Positions 29,636 through 39,353 of a DNA stretch of 64,000 nt are shown here, in pieces (the stretch's first letter is position 1; each line of letters opens with the position of its first letter). Source of the stretch: Planctomycetota bacterium (GTDB lineage Bacteria; Planctomycetota; GCA-002687715; CAIWVZ01); the NCBI GenBank assembly GCA_044222185.1, contig JBGANV010000001.1:384001-448000 (forward strand), written 5' to 3'. Made by a program: the position numbers and the translations under genes. The notes below the pieces were generated by a model. The model had not been told where the DNA came from. It was given only the letters and a program-made list of their open reading frames with translations, and ran no database searches.

Positions 29636-31327
29636 GTGCAACCGGCCAACAAACGGCGAAAGCTCCTGGGGGAGATCCTCAAGGAGATGAAGAAGGTGAA
29701 CCAGGGCCAGATCCAGGAGGGGCTGGCGGTTCAGCGTGAGAAGGGCGGCCAGCTCGGCGGCATCCTCGTGGGGCTGGGGTTCATCACGCACGCGGACCTG
29801 GTGAAGGCGCTGGCCGTCCAGTCTGAGATGGAGATCGTCGACCTCTCGCAGCTCGCGATCCCGCCGCAGGTCCTCGCACGTGTCGATGCTCAGACGGCAC
29901 AGGCTTTCCGAGTGGTGCCGTTCAAGGAAGAGGGCGGCGTACTCCACGTTGCGCTCGCGGATCCCATGAACACGGCCGTGCTCGACGACATCGGCTTCAT
30001 GACGGGGATGAAGGTCAAGGCTGCCGTCGCCACCGACCAGGCGATCGACGCCGTCATCAAGAAGTCGTACGCGAAGGAAGAGGATCTCGACAGCCTGATC
30101 GACGAGCTGGAGCAGGATGCGAAGAAGGGCTCCATCGACGATCCTGAACAGCTCGCGCGTTCGGCGCCCGTCGTGCGCCTGCTCAACTACATCCTCTTCA
30201 CGGCCATTCGTGACCGGTCGAGCGACATCCATTTCGAGCCCTTCGAGGAGGAGTTCCGCATCCGTTACCGTGTCGACGGAACGCTCTTCGAACTCCGCTC
30301 GCCGCCGCGCCATCTGGCCGTGGCGTTGATCTCGCGCATCAAGGTTCTCGCCAACCTGGACATCGCCGAGACGCGGCTGCCCCAGGACGGCCGCATCGAC
30401 CTGAAGGTCGGCGGGCGCAACGTCGACATCCGCGTTTCGACACTCCCGACGATGTTCGGCGAGTCCTGCGTGCTTCGCGTCCTCGACCGGTCGGTCGTGA
30501 GCCTGGACATCAAGAACCTGGGTCTCCGCCCGTCCGAGATGAAGCTCATCCTCGACCTCATCGATCGGCCTCACGGGATCATCCTCGTCACCGGGCCGAC
30601 GGGTTCGGGCAAGACGACGACGCTCTACTCGGCGCTGAATGCCTGCAACCAGGAAGGCATCAAGATCGTCACGACCGAGGATCCGGTCGAGTACGACCTC
30701 GATGGCGTGATCCAGGTCCAGGTGAACGACGAGATCGGCGTGAACTACGCCGCCTGTCTCCGATCGATCCTGCGTCACGATCCGGACAAGATCCTCGTCG
30801 GAGAGATCCGCGACCGGGAGACGGCGCAGATTGCCGTCGAGGCCGCGCTCACGGGTCACCTCGTGTTCTCCACGTTGCACACGAACGACGCACCGAGCGC
30901 CGTTTCCCGCATGTCGGACGTGGGAGTCGAGCCCTACCTGCTCGCGGCGACGCTCGAAGCCGTCGTCGGCCAGCGATTGGTGAGGCGTGTCTGCGAGGCC
31001 TGCCGCCAGTGGTATGACCCGCCCGACGAGGTCTTGTTCGAGCTGAATCTCACGCGGCGCGAGGCCGGTGATCGGAAGTTCGCCCAAGGCAAGGGCTGCG
31101 AGCTGTGCCACGGAACCGGGTATCGCGGCCGCATGGCGCTCTTCGAGTTCCTCGTGATGAACGAGGCCATGACGCGGGCGATCGTCGAGGGGTGGTCCGT
31201 GGGACGGCTCCGTGAGATCGCGCTCGAATCAGGCATGCAGACGCTGCGCCAGTCGGGCCTGCTCGCCGTATTCGACGGCCTCACCACACCCGAAGAGGTC
31301 ATCCGCGAGACGCTGGCGTCGATCTGA
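29636..31327 (+). CDS. pilB: GspE/PilB assembly ATPase, copy 2
   Basis: SSDIHFEP, PQDGRI, GPTGSGKTTT, EDPVEY, GEIRD, TLHTND, CEAC...CELC. Confidence 0.92.
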   Translation: MQPANKRRKLLGEILKEMKKVNQGQIQEGLAVQREKGGQLGGILVGLGFITHADLVKALAVQSEMEIVDLSQLAIPPQVLARVDAQTAQAFRVVPFKEEGGVLHVALADPMNTAVLDDIGFMTGMKVKAAVATDQAIDAVIKKSYAKEEDLDSLIDELEQDAKKGSIDDPEQLARSAPVVRLLNYILFTAIRDRSSDIHFEPFEEEFRIRYRVDGTLFELRSPPRHLAVALISRIKVLANLDIAETRLPQDGRIDLKVGGRNVDIRVSTLPTMFGESCVLRVLDRSVVSLDIKNLGLRPSEMKLILDLIDRPHGIILVTGPTGSGKTTTLYSALNACNQEGIKIVTTEDPVEYDLDGVIQVQVNDEIGVNYAACLRSILRHDPDKILVGEIRDRETAQIAVEAALTGHLVFSTLHTNDAPSAVSRMSDVGVEPYLLAATLEAVVGQRLVRRVCEACRQWYDPPDEVLFELNLTRREAGDRKFAQGKGCELCHGTGYRGRMALFEFLVMNEAMTRAIVEGWSVGRLREIALESGMQTLRQSGLLAVFDGLTTPEEVIRETLASI

Positions 31328-31383
31328 CGGCGTTCGAGGTGCGGCGCACCCGGCCGAACGTCCGGGTTCGCCGCCAGGGTGGC

Positions 31384-32139
31384 TCAGCGTGCGCAGGTTT
31401 CCGCGCGACCGCCATCGACGGCGAGCGTCACTCCGGTGATGAACGACGAAGCCTCCGTCGCGAGGAAGAAGATCGCCTCGGCGACTTCGGACGCCTGGCC
31501 GGGGCGTCCCAGCGGGTGAGTCGTCTTCGATTTCTCGAGGAACGCGGCGTAGGCCGCTTCGTCCATCCCGCCCCGGCGGTGGAGGTTCGTCACGATCACG
31601 CCCGGATTCACGGCGTTCACCCGGATGCCGCGCGGGGCGAGTTCGAGGGCGGCGCAGCGCGTCGCCTGATCCAGAGCGGCTTTCGAGACGCAGTAGGAGA
31701 AGACGCCCGGGAACGCGCGCGTGCCCGTGACGGACGACAGGTTCACCACGGCGCCTTTCGATCGTTCGAGCCAGGGGATCAGCGCCTGCGTGATCAGAAC
31801 GGGAGCCGTCACGTTGAGGGCGAGCATGCGGTCGAGGAGATCCCGCCTCACTCCAGCGTTGGTGTCGTTGGCGATCACGCCCGCCGCGTTCACCAGGGCG
31901 TCCACGCGGTCCTCGTTCGAGGCGATTCCGCGGGCGATCCGCGAAATCGTCTCGTCGGCAACCAGATCGCCGGGTTCGGCGCGGACCCGCTCCGGGGCCG
32001 TCCGTGCCAGGTCGGCGAGCGCTGCGACATCCCGTCCCACGGCGACGATTCTCCACCCGGCGGCCAGGAAACGGGCGCTCGCAGCGCGTCCGATTCCGCT
32101 CGTGGCTCCGGTGACGACGGCAACTTTCTGTTCGTTCAT
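31384..32139 (-). CDS. Short-chain dehydrogenase/reductase
   Basis: TGATSGIG, VNAAG, YCVSK, IRVNAVNPG; ATG 32139. Confidence 0.92.
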   Translation of the reverse strand: MNEQKVAVVTGATSGIGRAASARFLAAGWRIVAVGRDVAALADLARTAPERVRAEPGDLVADETISRIARGIASNEDRVDALVNAAGVIANDTNAGVRRDLLDRMLALNVTAPVLITQALIPWLERSKGAVVNLSSVTGTRAFPGVFSYCVSKAALDQATRCAALELAPRGIRVNAVNPGVIVTNLHRRGGMDEAAYAAFLEKSKTTHPLGRPGQASEVAEAIFFLATEASSFITGVTLAVDGGRAETCAR

Positions 32140-32237
32140 GGGTTCATCGTACCGCGGGCGATTTTCGCGACCTCTCGGGCTGCCGGCTTGACCGCACGAG
32201 CTTGGTGTCGTCAGAATGCCCGCCTCGAGAAAGCGGC

Positions 32238-33398
32238 ATGCCAGAGAAAATCCGTCAGCGACGTGAACGACTCGCCCAGGTTGCGGCCCAGACGACGCCG
32301 GAAGGAGGCGCCCAGGCGTCGGCCCCATCCAAACGGCGGAATCGAAAGGTGTCCAAGCAGGCTCGGACCCTGTTCACGACGCAGCTGGCGACCTTGCAGG
32401 ACGCGGGCATGCCGATCCTGCGGAGCCTCCGGATCCTGGACGGCCAGATGGCCGACGGACCCATGAAGGAGGTCGTGAAGCAGCTCGCGGAGGATGTCGA
32501 GACAGGCACCTCGCTCTCGGACGCCATGAACAAGTTCCCGGTCGTCTTCGATGACCTCTACGTGAACATGGTTCGCGCCGGCGAGGCGGGCGGTGCGCTC
32601 ACGACGATCTTCAATCGTCTCGCCGAGTTCCTCGAGAAGGGCGACGCGCTCATCCGCAAGATCAAGTCGGCGCTCGTGTATCCGACGATCATCGTCGTGT
32701 TCGCCGTCGCCGTGCTCGTCTACATCATGCTCGCCGTCGTCCCCAAGTTCGAAGACGCGTTCAAGAGCCTGGGCGGGACGCTTCCCGCGCCGACCATGGC
32801 CCTGATCAACACCTCCAAGTTCCTTGCCGATTGGTGGTGGGCGTTCCTCCTGGGGATCATCGTCCTCGTCGTCCTCTTCATGTTCATCGGACGAACACCG
32901 GGCGGGCGCCGCGTCTACGATCGGATCAAGCTGCGCCTCTGGCTGTTCGGACCGATCATCAAGGGGACGCAGATCGCCCGTTTCACGCGCACGCTCGGTA
33001 CGTTGTCCGCGAGCGGCGTCGAGCGCCTTCGCTCCCTCGACATCGTCGCGGACGCGTCGGGAAACAAGATCTTCGAGGAGGCGATCCGCAAGATCCAGGA
33101 AGCGGTGCGCGAGGGTGAATCCATGGCGCGCCCGTTGGGCGAAACCAAGCTCTTCGACGACATCGTCGTGAACATGGTGGACGTCGGCGAGGAGACGGGT
33201 GAACTCGACAAGATGCTCCTGAAGATCTCCGACAACGCGGAGACCGCCGTCGACGTCCGCATCTCGGGCCTGATGGCCGTGATGGAACCCGCGCTCCTGA
33301 TCGTCATGGGCGGCGTGGTCGGCTTCATCGTCGTCGCCCTCTTCCTGCCCTTGCTCTCGCTGCAACAGATGCTCGGAGGCGGCGCGCCACCCAAATGA
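32238..33398 (+). CDS. pilC: GspF/PilC inner-membrane platform protein
   Basis: FTTQLATLQDAG, LYVNMVRAGEAGG, IKSALVYP, GEETGELD, MEP; three TM segments. Confidence 0.93.
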   Translation: MPEKIRQRRERLAQVAAQTTPEGGAQASAPSKRRNRKVSKQARTLFTTQLATLQDAGMPILRSLRILDGQMADGPMKEVVKQLAEDVETGTSLSDAMNKFPVVFDDLYVNMVRAGEAGGALTTIFNRLAEFLEKGDALIRKIKSALVYPTIIVVFAVAVLVYIMLAVVPKFEDAFKSLGGTLPAPTMALINTSKFLADWWWAFLLGIIVLVVLFMFIGRTPGGRRVYDRIKLRLWLFGPIIKGTQIARFTRTLGTLSASGVERLRSLDIVADASGNKIFEEAIRKIQEAVREGESMARPLGETKLFDDIVVNMVDVGEETGELDKMLLKISDNAETAVDVRISGLMAVMEPALLIVMGGVVGFIVVALFLPLLSLQQMLGGGAPPK

Positions 33399-34987
33399 CG
33401 GCTGCCCGATTGCGACCGAGCGCTCTCGGTCCGTTGTCGCTCCGACTGCGGATCACGCTCGTCTTCGTCGTGATCAACGTGCTCGTCTGGGGTGGACTGC
33501 TGTCCTACGTATTCGTCGAAGGCCGTCGCATCCAGAAGGCCTTCGAGGCGAGCAACGACCGCCTGCGGGAACGAACGCAGGACGCCATCCTCGCCCAGTT
33601 GACGCAGCTGCTCGAGATCAAGATCCGCGAGAAGATTGCCACGTCGCATGGGAAGCCGATCACGGGTCTCGAACTTCAAGACATCTCGTATTGGGACGAG
33701 CCCGCGTTCCGCTTCTACGTGCGCCGTGCCGTCGTGATCCAGACGTACGAAGAAGGTGGGAAGGATGCGGACGTGTTCCACCCGAGGACGGGATTGATCT
33801 TCGGGCACCGCGAGTTCGACAAGGAGGAGGCGGTCCGCCTCGTGCGCCGGGCGCTCGACCAGAACCGCGTGATCATCGAGGGGACGCACGCCGCGGGGCA
33901 GATCCGCATCGGCGGGCTCAAGACCAACAACGACCGGTGGGGCGGGGTCTACCTGTCGATCTACGACATCAAGCGCGACCTTCCCGTCTACGACCCGGTG
34001 CAGCCGTTGAGGCAGGTGACGGCCATCGCCGTCGTGGGGACGTTGGCACTCGTCGGCGTGCTGTATTCGTTCCTCGCCCGTAGCGTCATCCGCCCGCTCG
34101 AAGAGATGGGCGACGTCGCGACGGCGGCCGCAGCGGGCGATTACTCCCAGCGTGTCACCGTCCGGAGGCGGCGCGACGAGGTTGGCGGCGTGATCGAGGC
34201 CGTCAACCGCATGCTCGGCCTCGTGGAGGATTACCGAGCCAACATGGAACGCCGCGTGGCCGAGAACACGGCGGTCATCGCGAACAAGAATCGCGAGCTG
34301 ATGCTCGCCCAGCGACTGGTGGCCATGGGCACTCTCGCGGCTGGAATCGCGCACGAGATCAACAACCCGCTCGGGGGCATGCTGAACGCACTCGCCCGAC
34401 TGCGCCGTCTGGACATCACGCCCGAGCAGCGGGACCGCTACCTCACGCTCCTCGAGGAGAATACTGCGCGCATCGGCGCCACGGTCCGCAAGGTCCTGGA
34501 CCTCTCGCCGCAGCGGATGGTGCCGGGGCCCGTCCTCATGCCCGACGTCGTCCGGCGGGTCTTCGACCTCGTTCGGTACCAGGCCGATCGCGTCGGCGTT
34601 CGGCTCGAACTCGACGAGACGGGCCCGTTGCCGGCGGTCCTGGGCGAGGCGAACGAGGTCGTCCAGATCATCCTCAACCTCGTGTTGAACGCGATCGACG
34701 CATGCAACGCCGGGGGCGAGATCCGGGTGAGGCTCCGGCGCGAGGGTCCCTGGGTCGCGGTGGACGTCTGCGACGACGGCACCGGCATGACGCCCGAGGT
34801 GCAGACACGTGCCTTCGACCTCTTCTTCACGACGAAAGAGGCGGGGAAGGGGACGGGCCTGGGACTCGCAACCGTGCACAACCTCGTGACGAACCTCGGC
34901 GGCACGATCGACCTCGAATCCCAACCGGGCAAGGGGACCACGTTCCGCCTCCGCTTCCGCGCGGTCGACGAGGGCGCGTCCACGTGA
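33395..34987 (+). CDS. Membrane sensor histidine kinase (HAMP, HisKA, HATPase; NtrB-like)
   Basis: Two TMs, HAMP, AGIAHEINNPL, NLVLNAIDA, DDGTGM, FFTTK..GKGTGLGL. Confidence 0.94.
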   Translation: MTAARLRPSALGPLSLRLRITLVFVVINVLVWGGLLSYVFVEGRRIQKAFEASNDRLRERTQDAILAQLTQLLEIKIREKIATSHGKPITGLELQDISYWDEPAFRFYVRRAVVIQTYEEGGKDADVFHPRTGLIFGHREFDKEEAVRLVRRALDQNRVIIEGTHAAGQIRIGGLKTNNDRWGGVYLSIYDIKRDLPVYDPVQPLRQVTAIAVVGTLALVGVLYSFLARSVIRPLEEMGDVATAAAAGDYSQRVTVRRRRDEVGGVIEAVNRMLGLVEDYRANMERRVAENTAVIANKNRELMLAQRLVAMGTLAAGIAHEINNPLGGMLNALARLRRLDITPEQRDRYLTLLEENTARIGATVRKVLDLSPQRMVPGPVLMPDVVRRVFDLVRYQADRVGVRLELDETGPLPAVLGEANEVVQIILNLVLNAIDACNAGGEIRVRLRREGPWVAVDVCDDGTGMTPEVQTRAFDLFFTTKEAGKGTGLGLATVHNLVTNLGGTIDLESQPGKGTTFRLRFRAVDEGAST

Positions 34988-36255
34988 ACGACCCGTCGGT
35001 CCTCCTTCTCCTCAGTCTCATGCTCGCGGCGCTGCTTTCATCGGCGTTCTTCTCCGCGTCGGAGACGGCGGCATTCCAGATCGGTCCATCCGATCTCACG
35101 GACCTGGAGAAGTCCCAACCTCGCGTTGCGCGCGCACTCTCGAGGATCCTCACGGGGCGGCGAGCGATCCTCGTCACCGTCCTGCTGGCGAACCTCCTCG
35201 TCAACCTCTTCTACTTCAACGTCGGGCAGCTGCTCGCGGCCTCCGCGGGGGCGGCGTTCGGCACCGACGGACGAATTCTCGCGGACATTCTCGTCGTCAC
35301 GGGCGTCGTGCTGCTCGGTGAGATCGTTCCGAAGACCCTCGCCGTCATGCATCCGCGCCGCGTGGCGAGCCTGACGGCGATCCCGCTCCTCTACTGCGAA
35401 CGGATGCTGCGCCTGCCGCGCATCGTGCTCACCGCGATCAGCGATGCGCTCACGCGCCTGGTCGGGGTCGCGAAGGCGGAGGAGGGCGAGGTGACGCCGG
35501 GTGAATTGCAGCAGGTCCTCGCGGTGGCCGCCGAGAAAGGCGAACTCGGGATCGACGAGCACGAGTGGCTCCGTGCTCTCGTGGAGATCGACGACGTTCC
35601 CGTCCGCGAGGTGATGGTCCCCCGCGTCGAGATGACGGCATTCGATCTGTCTCACGGCCGGGAGGCCTTCATCCGCCTCTTCCTGCAGTCGCGCCGCAAC
35701 AAGATCCCCGTGTTCGAGGGCACCGTCGACCGGATCCGGGGCTACGTCAACGCCAAGGACGTCATCGTCGAAGGGACCGTCCTCGAGAAGGCGGTTCTTC
35801 CGGTCGTGTTCGTGCCCGAGGCTGCGTCCGTCGCCGACGTCATGGAGCAGATGCGTCGTGACGACCGCAGACTCGCGATCGTCGTCGACGAGTACGGCGG
35901 CACGGAAGGCATGGTGACGCGGGAGGACCTCGTCGAATCCGTCGTCGGCGACCTGCGCGACGAAACCGAGGCCCGTTGGGAGCCCGTGCGCGAGCTCAGT
36001 CCCGGTGCGTTCCTCGTCGATGCGGCGCTACCGCTGCACGAGTCGCGCCGCGTGTTCGGGCTCGAGTCGGAACGCATGGGCGTTGCGACGCTCGGCGGAA
36101 TGGTGGCGAATCGCCTGGAGCGCGTCCCACGCGTGGGCGACGAAATCGACGTGGGCCAGATTCGCGTTCGCGTGGTCTCCATGCGGGGACGGCGTCCCGA
36201 GCGGCTGCTGGTCCGCCACCTGGCTCTGCCGGAACCGAAGGAGGCCGTCGAGTGA
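34984..36255 (+). CDS. CNNM/CorB-family protein (DUF21, CBS pair, CorC)
   Basis: SAFFSASETA, GEIVPKT, VMVPRVEM, VVDEYGGTEG; GTG overlaps the kinase stop. Confidence 0.92.
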   Translation: MNDPSVLLLLSLMLAALLSSAFFSASETAAFQIGPSDLTDLEKSQPRVARALSRILTGRRAILVTVLLANLLVNLFYFNVGQLLAASAGAAFGTDGRILADILVVTGVVLLGEIVPKTLAVMHPRRVASLTAIPLLYCERMLRLPRIVLTAISDALTRLVGVAKAEEGEVTPGELQQVLAVAAEKGELGIDEHEWLRALVEIDDVPVREVMVPRVEMTAFDLSHGREAFIRLFLQSRRNKIPVFEGTVDRIRGYVNAKDVIVEGTVLEKAVLPVVFVPEAASVADVMEQMRRDDRRLAIVVDEYGGTEGMVTREDLVESVVGDLRDETEARWEPVRELSPGAFLVDAALPLHESRRVFGLESERMGVATLGGMVANRLERVPRVGDEIDVGQIRVRVVSMRGRRPERLLVRHLALPEPKEAVE

Positions 36256-37295
36256 TCGTCTCCCTCATCGCGCTCGTCGCCGTGCTCTTCGGTTGCGCGC
36301 TTTTCGCGGGCATGGAGACGGGTCTGTACTCCCTCGAGCGCGTCCGCCTCCAGGTCCGCGCGGAAGGCGGCGATCCGCGGGCCCGTTGGCTCACGCCCTT
36401 GATCGCCAAACCGACCCGCGCCGTGTGCTCGCTCCTGCTCGCGACGAACGTGTCGCACTACTTCCTCGCCGTCGTGGCCGCGCGCGTGATCGAGTCGTTC
36501 GTCCACAACAGCGACGTCTACACGCAGAAACTCGTGGACACGGTCGTGCTCGCACCCGTCCTCTTCGTTTGCGGCGACCTCCTCCCGAAGAACGTCTTCT
36601 TGCGCGAACCCGGCCGGTTGATGCTCATCTTCCAACCGCTGCTGCGCGTGACCACCTGGCTCTTCTGGCCCATCGTTGCGCCACTCGTGTGGCTCGTCGA
36701 GCGAACGAATCGGAAGTCGCCGGGGCACATGGGGTCGGCGGAGTTCTTCGACCGCGGCTCCATCCACTTCATGTTGACGGTCGACGACGAGGCCGCTCAG
36801 CTCACCCTTCCACAGCGGGAGCTGGCGGAGCGGGTGCTCAGGCTGCGATCCGTTCGCGTGCGGGACCGGATGGTCCCGATCGCGCAGGCCTCGGCCGTGA
36901 GCCTGGACGCGACCGCCCAGGAGGTTCTGGAAACGGGTGCCCGAACCCGCCACTCCCGGCTGCTCGTCCGATCCCCGGACGGCGTCGGGTTCATCGGGTA
37001 CGTCAACGTCATCGACGCGGCGTCCGCCGTCGAGGGCTTCCGGGTCGAGACGGCGCTGCACTCTCTTCCGGTCCTGGACGTGGAGCTTCCGATCACGGTG
37101 GCCCTGTACCGCCTGCAGCGGTCAGGCCGGCCGATCGCAGCCGTTTCCGCGGGGCCGGGGCGCTCGATCATCGGCCTGATCGCCGCGTACGACGTCGTCG
37201 AGGCTCTGTTCGCCGTGGCCGACCGCCGCAAGGACCGCGGACCGCGAACGGGGGAGTCCCGGGTGGCCGGCGGACAGGTCCCGCGCCGTCACTGA
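36252..37295 (+). CDS. Second, divergent CNNM protein (DUF21, CBS; no CorC domain)
   Basis: FAGMETGLY, GDLLPK, RMVP, HSRL; GTG overlaps the previous stop. Confidence 0.85.
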   Translation: MIVSLIALVAVLFGCALFAGMETGLYSLERVRLQVRAEGGDPRARWLTPLIAKPTRAVCSLLLATNVSHYFLAVVAARVIESFVHNSDVYTQKLVDTVVLAPVLFVCGDLLPKNVFLREPGRLMLIFQPLLRVTTWLFWPIVAPLVWLVERTNRKSPGHMGSAEFFDRGSIHFMLTVDDEAAQLTLPQRELAERVLRLRSVRVRDRMVPIAQASAVSLDATAQEVLETGARTRHSRLLVRSPDGVGFIGYVNVIDAASAVEGFRVETALHSLPVLDVELPITVALYRLQRSGRPIAAVSAGPGRSIIGLIAAYDVVEALFAVADRRKDRGPRTGESRVAGGQVPRRH

Positions 37296-37325
37296 TCCAA
37301 GCCCAAATTGGCGCGTGACATCGCG

Positions 37326-37354
37326 TTGCACGACGGAGGTCCGTCCTGTAACAT
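37326..37354 (+). promoter_or_regulatory. Sigma70 promoter of the 37381 gene cluster
   Basis: TTGCAC-N17-TAACAT. Confidence 0.6.
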
Positions 37355-37380
37355 CCGCCGGTCCGATCTGCGGAGTCTGC

Positions 37381-37806
37381 ATGACGTTCGATGTGAAGTC
37401 GGCCATCGTGGCCCTGATCCTTGTTGGTGTCATCCTCGGCTTCGTCGCCGTCCGCGAGTCCAGTGCGCAACACTCGCAATCCGGCGGTGGCGGCGGCGGT
37501 GGAGATTCCACGCGCGATCTCATCGCGGTGACGGGTTCGTACGGAAGCGGCGCTTCCGTGCTGTACCTGATCGACGCGAAGACCCGGCACATGGCCGTGT
37601 ATCGCACCGAGAACGGCAAGCGTCTCGAGCTGGTGGCAGCGCGAGACGTGGGGTTCGACCTGAAACTCGAGTCGTACAACGATCAGAGCGAGGCCGGATT
37701 CACGCCGCGTGAGCTTCGAAAGAGCTGGACAGAGATCCTTCGTGGTGGTGGCGCGACGAGTCGCCCCACCGAGTCAGACGCCACCCTGCCGGGCGGCGGT
37801 CGGTAG
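37381..37806 (+). CDS. Exported or membrane-anchored hypothetical protein
   Basis: ATG after GGAG; N-terminal hydrophobic helix; LYLID...AVY...LELVAARDVGFDLKL. Confidence 0.75.
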   Translation: MTFDVKSAIVALILVGVILGFVAVRESSAQHSQSGGGGGGGDSTRDLIAVTGSYGSGASVLYLIDAKTRHMAVYRTENGKRLELVAARDVGFDLKLESYNDQSEAGFTPRELRKSWTEILRGGGATSRPTESDATLPGGGR

Positions 37807-37856
37807 CGCCCGTCGGTGAACCGACGGCGGCGAGCCTTGGAAGCGGAGATTGCACA

Positions 37857-38525
37857 GTGGCCGAGGAAGATTACATCTCGTTCGACAGCGCTCTGAAGGA
37901 ACTTCAACTCACGTCCGAGCAGCTCAAGCGGCTGGTCTCGGAGGGTGAGATCCGCGCCATCCGCGGAGAGCACAACTCCATGAAGTTCCGCAAGGAGGAG
38001 ATCGATCGCCTGAAGCAGGACACCGGCAAGACGATCCAGTACACGGAAGCGTCGTCGGACACCCTCACGGACGACCTGCTCTTCGACGAGTCGGACGACC
38101 TTGGATTGGGTGAGGAAGGCGCGTCGACCGTCCAGCTCTCGGGCGGCGATACCTTCGTCGCCGGCGGCAAGAAGGGCGCCCCGGCGCCCAAGCCGGCACC
38201 GAAGCCGGCTCCCGCCGCCAAGCCTGCACCGGCCGCCAAGGCTGCGCCGGCTGCGAACCGCCGCGCCGCCGCGGCGCCGGCAGCCGCTGCTGCCGCACCG
38301 GCCCGCAAGACGACGAACACGCGCTCGACGCGCGCGACCGGCGTCGGCGCGACGGCCGCGAAGGATCCGAGCGGCATCGGCATGGGCACGACGATCGCCG
38401 CGATCGTGACGTCGCTCCTGCTGATCTTCTCCGGCTTCATCGTCCTCGACACGACGAACGAGAAGACGACGTCGCTGACCGAGGGCATCGCCAAGTGGGC
38501 CCGCGGCAACAAGGGTGCGCACTGA
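37857..38525 (+). CDS. Excisionase/MerR-like HTH protein with acidic and PAK-rich linker and C-terminal TM helix
   Basis: YISFDSALKELQLTSEQLKRLVSEGEIRAIR..SMKFRKEEID; TM TIAAIVTSLLLIFSGFIVL. Confidence 0.8.
   Translation: MAEEDYISFDSALKELQLTSEQLKRLVSEGEIRAIRGEHNSMKFRKEEIDRLKQDTGKTIQYTEASSDTLTDDLLFDESDDLGLGEEGASTVQLSGGDTFVAGGKKGAPAPKPAPKPAPAAKPAPAAKAAPAANRRAAAAPAAAAAAPARKTTNTRSTRATGVGATAAKDPSGIGMGTTIAAIVTSLLLIFSGFIVLDTTNEKTTSLTEGIAKWARGNKGAH
38180..38255 (+). repeat. Coding tandem repeat (PAPK/PAAK)
   Basis: Encodes PAPKPAPKPAPAAKPAPAAKAAPAA. Confidence 0.7.
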
Positions 38526-38636
38526 GATCGGAATCGAGATTGGCTCCGCGCGTGTAGGAGCATGATGGTGGGGCAGGTCGGTTGGCCTGCCCCGTTCCAT
38601 GTCGCACGAGGGAACGCGGAGTTCGGGGAGGCTGCG

Positions 38637-39353
38637 ATGCGTGGGTTCAAGGTCGGGGTGGTGGCCGTTTTCTTGCTGGCTGCGGGCGCCTGCACGAACA
38701 CGGGTGCGTATCAGGACGCCAAGAAGGAAGTCGACAACCAGGACGAAGTGATTCGTGCGCTGACCGCGCGCAACGAGTCGCTCACGGCGGAGAACACCGT
38801 CCTGCGGACGCGCGCCGAGGCCTGCGAGGCGGAGCTCCGACGGCTTCGCGAACTCGAGGACTCCTACCGTCGCGCCACGTCCGGCGTGGACGATCTGGAG
38901 AAGCGACTCCGCGAGTACGAGTCGCGTTCGGGCGCCGTCGATCCGGACATCGAGCTCAAGCCCGACTGGCGCGGAATGAAGTATGAGGTCACGGAGAAGC
39001 TGCTCTTCGACGTCGGAAGCGCCAAGCTGCGCCCGGCGGGGCAGGAAGCCCTGCGAAAGGTCGCTGAGCGCATTCGCGCCGGCACCGAGAAGATCATCGT
39101 CGAAGGTCACACCGACAATCAGCCCGTGAAGGTCCACGCGAAGGAGTTCCCGCTGGGGAATCTGGAGTTGTCCGGCGAGCGTGCGCTCGTCGTCGCGCAC
39201 TTCCTCGCGACGCAGGGCGGTGTCGACGCCGATCGCGTGTCGTTTGCCGGCTTCGGCGAGCACCAACCCGTCGTTCCCAACGACTCGACGGAGAACAAGG
39301 CGAAGAACCGCCGCGTCGAGATCGTCGTCGTCCGGAACCAGCCGCCTAAATGA
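38637..39353 (+). CDS. OmpA/MotB-family peptidoglycan-binding lipoprotein with coiled coil
   Basis: Lipobox-like AGAC; LLFDVGSA, VEGHTDN, NLELSGERA, GFGEHQP, NRRVEI. Confidence 0.9.
   Translation: MRGFKVGVVAVFLLAAGACTNTGAYQDAKKEVDNQDEVIRALTARNESLTAENTVLRTRAEACEAELRRLRELEDSYRRATSGVDDLEKRLREYESRSGAVDPDIELKPDWRGMKYEVTEKLLFDVGSAKLRPAGQEALRKVAERIRAGTEKIIVEGHTDNQPVKVHAKEFPLGNLELSGERALVVAHFLATQGGVDADRVSFAGFGEHQPVVPNDSTENKAKNRRVEIVVVRNQPPK

Noticed and set aside
37857-38050. Excisionase-like HTH as a sign of a prophage or ICE
   Set aside because: Fused to a TM anchor within a housekeeping-linked cluster; no integrase or phage genes in the window
38180-38300. Short tandem repeats as a CRISPR array or VNTR
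   Set aside because: In-frame degenerate Pro/Ala/Lys linker codons; no spacers and no cas genes
38637-39353. Flagellar stator MotB
   Set aside because: Has a lipobox-like signal rather than the MotB TM helix with its conserved Asp; no motA or flagellar genes adjacent
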